Assembly: GCF_000007985.2 (NCBI RefSeq)
Contig: NC_002939.5
Coordinates: 2,820,001 to 2,852,000 of the forward strand
Source: Geobacter sulfurreducens PCA
Lineage (GTDB): Bacteria; Desulfobacterota; Desulfuromonadia; Geobacterales; Geobacteraceae
Direction: 5' to 3'
Length of the DNA stretch: 32,000 bases
Shown in pieces: positions 7,909 to 16,195 of this stretch. A program made the translations under genes and the position numbers. The notes beneath the pieces were generated by a model. It had not been told where the DNA came from and made no database searches. It was given only the letters and a program-made list of their open reading frames with translations. Every line of letters begins with the position of its first letter. Within the stretch, counting starts at the first letter, position 1.

Positions 7909-9720
7909 ATGACTCTTCCCTTCCTGACCATCAGGATCAAGCTTATCTCCATCATCGGGTTCTTCCTGGTGCCGATGGCCGTCCTTTCCATCTACAACCA
8001 CTACGAAATACTCAAGCGGGAAATCGACGACCTGAAAGGCCGCAATTTCTCGGCGGCCACGCACGTGGCTGTGGAAGTGGACCGGTTGATCACCGAGACC
8101 ACCGGCGTTCTGCGGGTCCTGTCGCGCCATCCCACGGTCGTCGCCTGCGAACCGGCGGCCATGGACCGGCTATTCGCGAAACTGCTCCCCTCCTATCCCA
8201 TGCGGCTCAACATCCTGGCGGCCGATATGGCCGGAAACAATGTGGGCTCCGGCGTCTCCTCCCCCACCGTGCACACCCTGAACTACAACGACAAGGAGTG
8301 GTACCAGCGGGCGCGCAGGGGCGCCTACATCATCGGCGATCTCCACGTATCCAAACTCTTCAAGCGCCCTGCCGTCATGATCGCAGGACCGGTCATGGAC
8401 GATCATTCCCGCCAGGTGGGGGTTGTGGGCATCCCCATCGACCTGAACGCCATCTCCAAACACCTGGCCGTATCCACCAACCGCCTTGCCAACAATACCG
8501 ACATTCTGGTGCTGGACCGCAAGGGGGGCATCATGATGGACACCCGCTCACCGGAACGGATCGGGCGCAATATCACCGACACCGCCCTCAAGTGCCCCGG
8601 AGAGGTGATCACCCCCGGCTTCACCACGGTCTGCCGGGGAAGCGACGGGGTTGAGCGGATCATCAGCGTGGCCAAAGTGGGAAACCACGGCTGGCACGCC
8701 CTGGTCTCCATGCCCCTGTCCGAGGCCCGCAGCTTTGCGCTCCTGGTGAGCCGCAAGGCCCTGTCCGCGGCCCTGATCGCAGGGCTCATCGCCATGTTCC
8801 CGGCCGTCAGGCTCGTCAGGTCCATCCTCGGCAGCCTGCAGGAACTGGTCGCCGCCATGGGTGAGGTCGAACGGGGCAACCTGACCTACAAGCTCCATTT
8901 CTCGGCCCGGGACGAGCTGGAAACCATCGCCTCCTCGTTCAACGCCATGGCCCAGCGGCTGAGGGCCAGCGAAGAGACCCTCACGGCACTCAACGCCGAG
9001 CTGGAAGAACGGGTCCTCCAGCGCACCGCCGATCTCGAGGCCATGAACCGGGAACTGGAATCGTTCAGCTACTCGGTTTCCCACGACCTGCGGGCCCCCC
9101 TGCGCCACCTGGAGGGATTCAGCGAAGCCCTGCTCGAGGACTACGCCGACCACCTCGACGAGAACGGCCGGCACTGCCTGGAGCGGATCAACGGGGCCAG
9201 CCGGCGCCTCTCGCAGATGATCGACGCCATGCTGGAGCTGTCGCGTCTCAGCAGGAGCGACCTGCAGCGCGAACGGATCGACCTGGGCGCCATGGCCCGC
9301 GACATCCTTGACGAGTTGCACGGCACCGAACCGGAGCGGCGGGTGTCGGTAAAAATCAGTGATGCCATGGAGGCAGAGGGGGATGCACGGCTGGTGCGGG
9401 TGGTGATGGAAAACCTGGTGGGCAACGCCTGGAAGTACAGCCGCACCCGGCAAGAGGCGGCAATCGAGATCGGCACCCGACAGGACGGGGCAACGACCAT
9501 CTACTACGTGCGCGACAACGGCGTCGGTTTCGACATGGCCTACGCGGACCGGCTCTTCGCCCCCTTCCAAAGGCTGCACCGGGAGGATGAATTCGAGGGA
9601 ACCGGCGTGGGGCTCGCCACGGTCCAGCGGATCGTTCACCGGCACGGCGGCCGGCTGTGGGCCGAGGCAGCCCCCGACAACGGAGCAACGTTCTTCTTTA
9701 CCTTGGGAACCTGTTCGTAA
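7909..9720 (+). CDS. membrane sensor histidine kinase (periplasmic Cache-like domain, HAMP, HisKA, HATPase_c)
   Basis: Two TM helices flank a roughly 270-aa extracytoplasmic region, followed by a HAMP-like segment. H-box FSYSVSHDLRAPL; DNGVGFD and GTGVGL. GGGAGG RBS 9 nt upstream. Confidence 0.9.
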   Translation: MTLPFLTIRIKLISIIGFFLVPMAVLSIYNHYEILKREIDDLKGRNFSAATHVAVEVDRLITETTGVLRVLSRHPTVVACEPAAMDRLFAKLLPSYPMRLNILAADMAGNNVGSGVSSPTVHTLNYNDKEWYQRARRGAYIIGDLHVSKLFKRPAVMIAGPVMDDHSRQVGVVGIPIDLNAISKHLAVSTNRLANNTDILVLDRKGGIMMDTRSPERIGRNITDTALKCPGEVITPGFTTVCRGSDGVERIISVAKVGNHGWHALVSMPLSEARSFALLVSRKALSAALIAGLIAMFPAVRLVRSILGSLQELVAAMGEVERGNLTYKLHFSARDELETIASSFNAMAQRLRASEETLTALNAELEERVLQRTADLEAMNRELESFSYSVSHDLRAPLRHLEGFSEALLEDYADHLDENGRHCLERINGASRRLSQMIDAMLELSRLSRSDLQRERIDLGAMARDILDELHGTEPERRVSVKISDAMEAEGDARLVRVVMENLVGNAWKYSRTRQEAAIEIGTRQDGATTIYYVRDNGVGFDMAYADRLFAPFQRLHREDEFEGTGVGLATVQRIVHRHGGRLWAEAAPDNGATFFFTLGTCS

Positions 9721-9869
9721 CTGCTGTTTCAGCAGATCGTGCCCGGATTTATGACGGATTTGGCCGGATCGATTGAGTAGCGCCGCAGGCGTAGCAGGGC
9801 TTCGTCGAGGACGGTACGATTGAAGGCCGGCCCAAAACGGCATGAAGACGGAATGCGAAACCGGAGTGA

Positions 9870-11177
9870 TTACTTACGGACAGGTTCTGAGATAATGCCC
9901 CGCACCCCGTCGGCCTCCACGCCGGTTATCCGGACCATGACCTCACCCTCGGGGGGCGGCGTCACCGCCTCGATCCGCACCGTAATGTAGTTGCGCGACA
10001 GCCCCGTCACCTCTTTTCCCCGGCCGTTCAACACCAGCACCGGCAGATCCCGTCCCATGAAGCGCCGGTGAAAGGTCTCCCGCTTCCGGTCGGACAGCGC
10101 CCGCAGGACCTCGGCACGCTCCCGCACAATTTTGCCGTCCACCTGGCCGGGCATGCGAGCCGCGGGTGTTCCCTCGCGCCGCGAAAAGGGAAAGACGTGG
10201 AGGTGGGCGATGGGGAGCCCCTCCAGCAGGGCCAGGGTGGCGGCAAACTCCTCGTCCGTCTCGCCGGGGAAGCCGGCGATCACGTCGCAGCCGATGCAGA
10301 TGTCCGGCACCGCCGCAGCCAGCCGTTCCACCCGCTCCCGGAAAAACGCGGCCGTGTACCGGCGGTTCATCCGCTCCAGCACGCTGTCAGAGCCGCTTTG
10401 GAGAGGGATGTGCAGATGGGGACAGATGACGGGCGACCGGGCCATCAGGGCGATGAGACCGTCGGAGATCTCGTGGGGCTCCACCGACCCGACGCGCAGA
10501 CGCGGCACCAGCGCCTCGGCGTCGGCAGCCTCCAGCAGATCGAGAAGGCTCGCGGGGGGCTCCAGGTCGGCGCCGTAGGCCCCCAGATGGATGCCGGTCA
10601 GCACCACCTCCCGGAATCCCTGGTAGGCAAAGGTGCCGATCCCCTCCAGCACGTCCCGGAAGGGCACGCTGCGACTCCTCCCCCGGGCATGGGGCACGAT
10701 GCAGTAGGAGCAGAAGGCGTCGCAGCCGTTCTGCACCTGGAGGAACGCGCGGGTATGCTCCGCAAAGCTCTCCAGCCCCAGGGCCTCCACGGTCCGCTGC
10801 CGGGAGATGTCCGACACCAGGATCTTTTCCGCCGGCACCGCATCCCGCAACAGCCCGGCGATCCCCTTCTTCTCGCTGTTCCCCACCACCAGCGACACGC
10901 CGGGCAGCTCACCCACCGCGTCGGGCGCCACCTGGGCATAACAGCCGGTCACCACCACCCGGGCAGCCGGGTTCCTGCGCATGGCCCGGCGGATGAGCCG
11001 CCGCGACTCCGCGTCGGTCCGTGCCGTGACCGTGCAGGTGTTGATGACGTAGATATCCGCCTCGTCCTCGAAGGGAACCAGCCGGAACCCCTCGCGACCG
11101 AGGCTTTCGGTCATGGCAGCTGATTCGAACTGGTTGATCTTGCAGCCGAGGGTGGTGATGGCAACCCGCTGCATCAC
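9870..11177 (-). CDS. mtaB: radical-SAM methylthiotransferase, MtaB-like (ms2t6A37 tRNA modification)
   Basis: N-terminal [16 protein letters not shown]0004 domain, CDAFCSYC radical-SAM cluster motif and C-terminal TRAM-like region. Start is GTG 11177 or ATG 11174; both overlap the mnmA stop. Confidence 0.85.
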
Positions 11178-12271
11178 AGCCGCCCCTCGATCCAGCCGCC
11201 GCCCAGAACCTCGTCATCGCGGTAGAAGACCACCGCCTGCCCCGGGGTCACCGACTTCTCGGGCTGCCGGAACCGGACTTCGGCACTGCCGTCGGCACGC
11301 ACGGCAACCGTGCACGGCACCGGCTGGTGGCGGTAGCGGATCTTGCACGAGGCCTCCACGGTCTGCCCCTGGGGGGGCACGACCCAGGTCACCTCGGTTG
11401 CCGTGAGCCCCGTGGCCAGAAGCTCTTCGGCCGGGCCGACGATCACCTGCCGCCGCTCCGCATCGACCCCCACCACGTAGAGGGGAGTCGGGTGGGCGAT
11501 GCCCAGCCCCCGGCGCTGCCCCACCGTGTAGCGGTAGGTTCCCCCGTGGCGGCCCAGGACATTCCCCTTGCGGTCTACGATCTCGCCGGCCATGAGCCCC
11601 GTTCCCCGCTCCTCCTCCAGGAACCGGACGTAGTCGTCGTCCGGGACGAAGCAGATCTCCTGGCTCTCCCCCTTCTCGGCCACCCGCAGCCCCCGTTCCG
11701 CCGCCAGGCGCCGCACCTGCTCCTTGGTCATCTCTCCCAGGGGGAACAGGGTCCGGGCAAGCTGGTCCTGGGTCAGGGTAAAGAGGAAATAGCTCTGGTC
11801 CTTGGCCGGGTCCAATCCCCGCAGCAGGTGGTAGAGGCCGTCCTCTCCCCGGACCCGGCGGGCGTAGTGGCCCGTGGCCAGGAAGTCGGCGCCCAGTTCC
11901 CGGGCCTTGTGGAGCAGGAGCTCGAACTTCACCCTTTGGTTGCACCGGACGCAGGGGTTCGGCGTCCGCCCCCGGAAGTACTCGTCCACGAAGTCGTCGA
12001 TCACCAGCCGCCGGAACTCCTCCTCGAAATTCACCACGTAGAAGGGGATGCCGATCTGCTCCGCCACCCGGCGGGCATCGTGGATGTCGTCAAGGGAGCA
12101 GCAGGTGTCGAACTTCTCCCCCTCCGGTGCGGCGAAATTCGCGTAGTCCCAGACCTGCATGGAGATGCCGATGACCTCGTGCCCCTCTTCCTTCAGAAGC
12201 GCCGCCGCCACCGACGAGTCCACCCCGCCGCTCATGGCGATGACGATGCGCTGTCTATGCTTCTCTGCCAT
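11174..12271 (-). CDS. mnmA: tRNA 2-thiouridine(34) synthase MnmA
   Basis: [17 protein letters not shown]-loop, catalytic Cys regions ([15 protein letters not shown]), about 365 aa. ATG at 12271 follows GAGGTGGAG and overlaps the desulfurase 3' end by 17 nt. Confidence 0.9.
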
Positions 12272-13439
12272 CTCCACCTCGTTTCACCCGTTCGACGATC
12301 TCCGGCAGCACCGTCAGCACCCGGTCGATCTCCTGATCCGTATTTCCCAGTCCCAAGGAAAAGCGCACGGCTCCGCCGGCCTCCTGCGGGGACAGCCCCA
12401 TGGCGGCCAGCACCGGCGAATGTCGCAGGGTGCCGGAACTGCACGCGGACCCCGACGACACGGCGATCCCGGCCAGGTCCAGAGCCATGAGCAGCGTATC
12501 AGCGGTCACACCTTCAAAGCTGATATTGCTCGTATTCGGCAGCCGGAACTGCCGATGGCCGTTCACCCGCGCGCCGGGCACCCGGCCGAGGATTCCCTCC
12601 TCCAGCCGGTCCCGCAGGCGACAAACCCGCGCTGTCTCGTCGGCCAGGGATTCCCGCGCCAGTCGGCACGCTTGGCCAAAGCCCACGATGCCGGCCACGT
12701 TCTCGGTTCCGGCCCGGCGATTGCGCTCCTGGGAGCCGCCGTGCACCAGCGGGTGGCAGGTTGTGCCACGCCGGATCACCAGCGCCCCCACCCCCTTGGG
12801 ACCGTAAACCTTGTGGGCCGAGAGCGCCATGAGCGACGCGCCGGTGGCGCGGAACTCCAGGGGGACCTTGCCCAGGGCCTGGACGGCGTCGCAGTGAAAG
12901 GGCACCCGGTGCCGCCGGGCGATCTCGCCGATTTCCGCCACCGGCAGCAGCACGCCGGTCTCGTTGTTGGCATACATGGCCGTGACGAGAATGGTCCGCT
13001 CCGTGATGGCCTCTTCCACCCGCGTCGGGTCCAGGATACCGTCCCGGTCCACGTCGAGCCAGGTTACCTCGTATCCGCCGTGCTCCAGGTAGCGGCAGGA
13101 ATTGGCCACGGCCGGATGCTCCACCCGGGTGGCGATGATATGGTTGCCCCGCTTCCGGAGGGACGAGGCCACTCCTTTCACGGCCATATTGTCGGCCTCG
13201 GAGCCCGACCCGGTGAAAACCACCTCACCCGGCTCGCATCCCGCCAGTTCGGCCACCGCCTCGCGGGCCTCCTCCACGGCCCCCTTCACGGCCCGGCCGG
13301 CCCAATGGATGCTGGACGGATTGCCGAACCGCTCCCCCAGAAACGGCAACAACGCCTCCACCACCAAGGGGTGCGTCGGCGTCGTCGCGTTGTGGTCCAG
13401 ATAGATCAGCGGGACAGTGCCCGCGGGGGCTTCACTCAT
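12255..13439 (-). CDS. nifS: class I cysteine desulfurase, NifS/YrvO-like
   Basis: YLDHNATTP start, [13 protein letters not shown]-lysine motif and SSGSACSSG active-site Cys loop. ATGA overlap with the upstream Rrf2 gene. Confidence 0.9.
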
Positions 13440-13873
13440 TGATCCTCACTCTCGCCGGGCCGTCGGCGGGCGTCCCGCACCAAGTCCTCCAGGGTGATGG
13501 AATCCAGGAACGTCCTGATCCGCTCGCCGAGCATCTCCCAGACCGAATGGGTGGTGCATGCCGCAGTGCGGGTACAGCGCCCCTTCCCCTTGTCCATGCA
13601 GGAGACCGGCGTCAGCGGTTCTTCCACCGTGGCCACGATTTCGCCCACCAGGATGGCCGAGCTCTCCCGGGCCAGCAGGTAGCCCCCGCCGGGCCCGCGC
13701 ACGCTCTCCACGATGCTGCCGCGACGCAGGCGGTTGAAGAGTTGCTCCAGGTAGTTGAGCGGGATGTCCTCCCGCTGGGCGATATCCCGCAGGGCCACGG
13801 GCTTCCCCTCCGAGTGGAGCGACAGATCGACCATGGCCCGCACCGCATACTGGGCGCGCGTCGACAGTCTCAT
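13436..13873 (-). CDS. Rrf2 family transcriptional regulator with IscR-like Cys3-His ligand set
   Basis: MRLSTRAQYAVRAMVDL winged-helix N-terminus. C-x7-C-x5-C-x2-H segment (SCMDKGKGRCTRTAACTTH). Confidence 0.85.
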   Translation of the reverse strand: MRLSTRAQYAVRAMVDLSLHSEGKPVALRDIAQREDIPLNYLEQLFNRLRRGSIVESVRGPGGGYLLARESSAILVGEIVATVEEPLTPVSCMDKGKGRCTRTAACTTHSVWEMLGERIRTFLDSITLEDLVRDARRRPGESEDQ

Positions 13874-13876
13874 GGA

Positions 13877-14554
13877 CTAATTCCCCCCATCCAGGCGGCG
13901 CTTCAGCGCCTCGTGCTCGGCGGCCAGTTCGCCGTACTTGCGCTCCAGCTCCCGGATCTGTTCGAAGAGACAGGAAATGGCCTTGGCTTCCGGGTCGGGC
14001 AGCTTGCCGTGCTCGAAATCGGACTTGTCCTTCGGCTTCTCCGCGGCCATGACCACCCGGCCGGGGATGCCCACCACGGTGGCATTGGCCGGGACCTCCT
14101 TCACCACCACCGAATTGGAGCCAATCTTGGCCCCCTCGCCCACGGTGAACGGACCCAGGACCTTGGCGCCGGAACCGATGACCGCGTTGCTCTCCACGGT
14201 GGGGTGCCGCTTCTTCTTCTCCAGGCTGACCCCGCCGAGGGTCACCCCGTGGTAGATGGTCACGTCGTCGCCGATTTCGGCCGTCTCGCCGATCACTACC
14301 CCCATGCCGTGATCGATGAAAAGGCGCCGGCCGATGGTCGCTCCCGGATGGATCTCGATGCCGGTGAGAAAACGGCCCACGTGGGAAACAAGGCGGCCCA
14401 GGAAATGGAAATCGCTCCGCCAGAGCAGGTTCGCCAGCCGGTGAAACCAGATGGCGTGCAGCCCCGGGTAGCAACAGAGCACTTCCAGCGTGCTGCGGGC
14501 AGCGGGATCGCGGTCGAGCACCGATTGAATATCCTCGCGCAGTCGTGCAAACAT
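13877..14554 (-). CDS. cysE: serine O-acetyltransferase
   Basis: [28 protein letters not shown]-terminal domain and hexapeptide repeats ([31 protein letters not shown]). Confidence 0.9.
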   Translation of the reverse strand: MFARLREDIQSVLDRDPAARSTLEVLCCYPGLHAIWFHRLANLLWRSDFHFLGRLVSHVGRFLTGIEIHPGATIGRRLFIDHGMGVVIGETAEIGDDVTIYHGVTLGGVSLEKKKRHPTVESNAVIGSGAKVLGPFTVGEGAKIGSNSVVVKEVPANATVVGIPGRVVMAAEKPKDKSDFEHGKLPDPEAKAISCLFEQIRELERKYGELAAEHEALKRRLDGGN

Positions 14555-14568
14555 CGGCAGTCCCTTCC

Positions 14569-14584
14569 GGGGATCATGATCCCC
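14569..14584. promoter_or_regulatory. perfect 16-bp palindrome GGGGATCATGATCCCC just upstream of cysE
   Basis: Self-complementary. Lies 15-30 nt upstream of the cysE ATG (14554) and overlaps a possible -10 CATGAT (14573-14578, minus strand). Confidence 0.45.
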
Positions 14585-14595
14585 ACGCGGATTGG

Positions 14596-14634
14596 AAACA
14601 AAAGGATGCCCGAGACGGCACGAGGGGCATCCTT
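14596..14634 (-). terminator. intrinsic terminator after the DUF2019 gene (or attenuator ahead of cysE)
   Basis: The minus strand reads AAGGATGCCC-(13 nt loop)-GGGCATCCTT followed by TTGTTTCC: a 10-bp GC-rich stem plus a T-tract. Confidence 0.65.
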
Positions 14635-14704
14635 ACATTAAGGATATTCGATCAGTAGCATACCCTACAATTTTTGTCAACTTCTAGCAGGTCCCTCCTC
14701 CCCG

Positions 14705-15058
14705 TCACGAAAGGGTCAACTCTCCCTTTTCCCAGCGCTCGATGGCCACGGACGCCCGGAAGCCCAGGAGCCCCGGCTCCCGGGCCAGCCGCCGCAGGAT
14801 CGCCAGGGAGCGGGGTGCATCGTGGGAAAGCGAATAGACCGCAGCCATGCCCGCCGCGGCTCCGGTGCCGCGCTCCGCGGCGTCCAGCAGTCCGGCCCGC
14901 CCCGCCGCGCCGAAGGCGGCGATCTCCCGATAGAGGCGCGCGAGCATCGTCGCATGGCGGTCAGCCCGCCCCGCGTCCATGGCCTCCAGGGCTTCCCCGT
15001 GGGCGGTGGCCGCCGCGGTAAAGCGGCCGATCAGGATTGACAGGCGCTGCTCTTCCAT
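14705..15058 (-). CDS. DUF2019-like small helical protein
   Basis: 117 aa, Ala-rich helical. The pattern ending in LLGFRASVAIERWEKGEL resembles DUF2019. AAGGGAG RBS. Last gene before the terminator. Confidence 0.55.
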   Translation of the reverse strand: MEEQRLSILIGRFTAAATAHGEALEAMDAGRADRHATMLARLYREIAAFGAAGRAGLLDAAERGTGAAAGMAAVYSLSHDAPRSLAILRRLAREPGLLGFRASVAIERWEKGELTLS

Positions 15059-15085
15059 TCCACTCCCTTCCCGTTCAGGCCGCGA

Positions 15086-16192
15086 TCATGCCAGGAACAG
15101 CACCTGCTCCAGGGCCGCCTTCTCCTCCACGGGCTGGTCCATGAGCGAGGTCCGGATCGCGACGAAGGCCTCCACGTTGGCCAGGAATATTTCCAGCAGA
15201 CGAGGGTCGAAGAACGATGCCCGCCCGTCCCCCATGACGGAGAGAACTTCGTCGAAGGGCATTGCCGGCTTGTAGGGGCGCTCCGAGCAGAGGGCGTCGA
15301 ACACATCGACGATCATGACGATGCGCCCGAAGATGTGGATATCTTCTCCGGCCAACCCGCAGGGGTAACCGGTGCCGTCCCATTTTTCGTGGTGCTGGAG
15401 GGCAACGATCCGTCCCATCTCCAGGGATGTGTACCGGTCGCCGCCGGCGAGGATCTTGCCGCCGATGACCGTGTGGAGACGCATGATCTCCATCTCCTCG
15501 TCCGTGAGCCGTCCGGGCTTGAGGAGTATCCGGTCCGGTATGCCGAGCTTGCCCACGTCGTGAAGCGGAGCCGCGTAGCGGAGCACCTCGCACTGGTCCT
15601 CGGGCAGCCCGCTCAACCGGCCGAGCTCCCGGGCCATCTCGCTGATGCGGCGCGTGTGCATGCCGGTTTCCACATCGCGGAACTCGGCGGCGCGGCCAAG
15701 GCGCAGCGTTATCTCGTACTCCGCCTCCCGGGCCATGGCCAGGGCGTTTCTGACCTCGGCGGTCTTGCGGGCCACTTCCCGCTCCAGGATGCCGTTCACG
15801 TCCTGGGACAGGTCCACCAGCTTCTTGGCGCGGACATGGTTCATCACCCGCAGGCGCAACTCCTCCGTGTCGTAGGGTTTGGCGAGAAAATCGTTGGCCC
15901 CCAGCCTCAGGGTCCGGGTCACTTCGTCCTTGCTGGCCGTGAGGACGATAACGGGGATGTCGCACCACAGAGGATGCTTCTTGAGGGTGGCGAGCGTCGC
16001 AAACCCGTTCAGCTCGGGCATCTCCAGATCGAGCAGGATGAGGTCGATGGCGGAGTTCTTATCCAGCACCCGGAGAGCTTCCAGGCCATTCTGCGCCGTG
16101 ATCGGCGTTGCCAGGCCGTCGAGCATGACCGAAAGCAACTCACGGTTCATTTCTTCATCATCTACCACAAGGACCGAGATTGAATCCAGCAT
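15086..16192 (-). CDS. response regulator with HD-GYP c-di-GMP phosphodiesterase domain (RpfG type)
   Basis: REC (VLVVDDEEMN, DLILLDLEMPELNG, KP), then HDVGKLGIPDRIL ... HHEKWDGTGYP. Confidence 0.9.
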   Translation of the reverse strand: MLDSISVLVVDDEEMNRELLSVMLDGLATPITAQNGLEALRVLDKNSAIDLILLDLEMPELNGFATLATLKKHPLWCDIPVIVLTASKDEVTRTLRLGANDFLAKPYDTEELRLRVMNHVRAKKLVDLSQDVNGILEREVARKTAEVRNALAMAREAEYEITLRLGRAAEFRDVETGMHTRRISEMARELGRLSGLPEDQCEVLRYAAPLHDVGKLGIPDRILLKPGRLTDEEMEIMRLHTVIGGKILAGGDRYTSLEMGRIVALQHHEKWDGTGYPCGLAGEDIHIFGRIVMIVDVFDALCSERPYKPAMPFDEVLSVMGDGRASFFDPRLLEIFLANVEAFVAIRTSLMDQPVEEKAALEQVLFLA

Positions 16193-16195
16193 GAT

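Noticed and set aside
8548-9843. 431-aa minus-strand ORF opposite the Cache-HAMP kinase. Similar long antisense ORFs occur at 10068-11123, 11327-12490, 12159-13442, 13439-14641, 15335-16183, 16322-17566, 17520-18671, 18293-19618, 22634-24127 and 24235-25539.
   Set aside because: All are antisense to genes with strong family motifs. They lack RBS signals and have Arg/Pro/Gly-dominated composition. I regard them as GC-driven open frames, not genes.
9721-9869. Convergent intergenic region between the Cache kinase and mtaB. It contains a CTGCTG-TTT-CAGCAG hairpin and CGGATTT direct repeats, which I considered as bidirectional terminators or a small RNA.
   Set aside because: The stem is only 6 bp with a 3-nt loop and no U-tract on either strand. 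The repeats are short and unremarkable.
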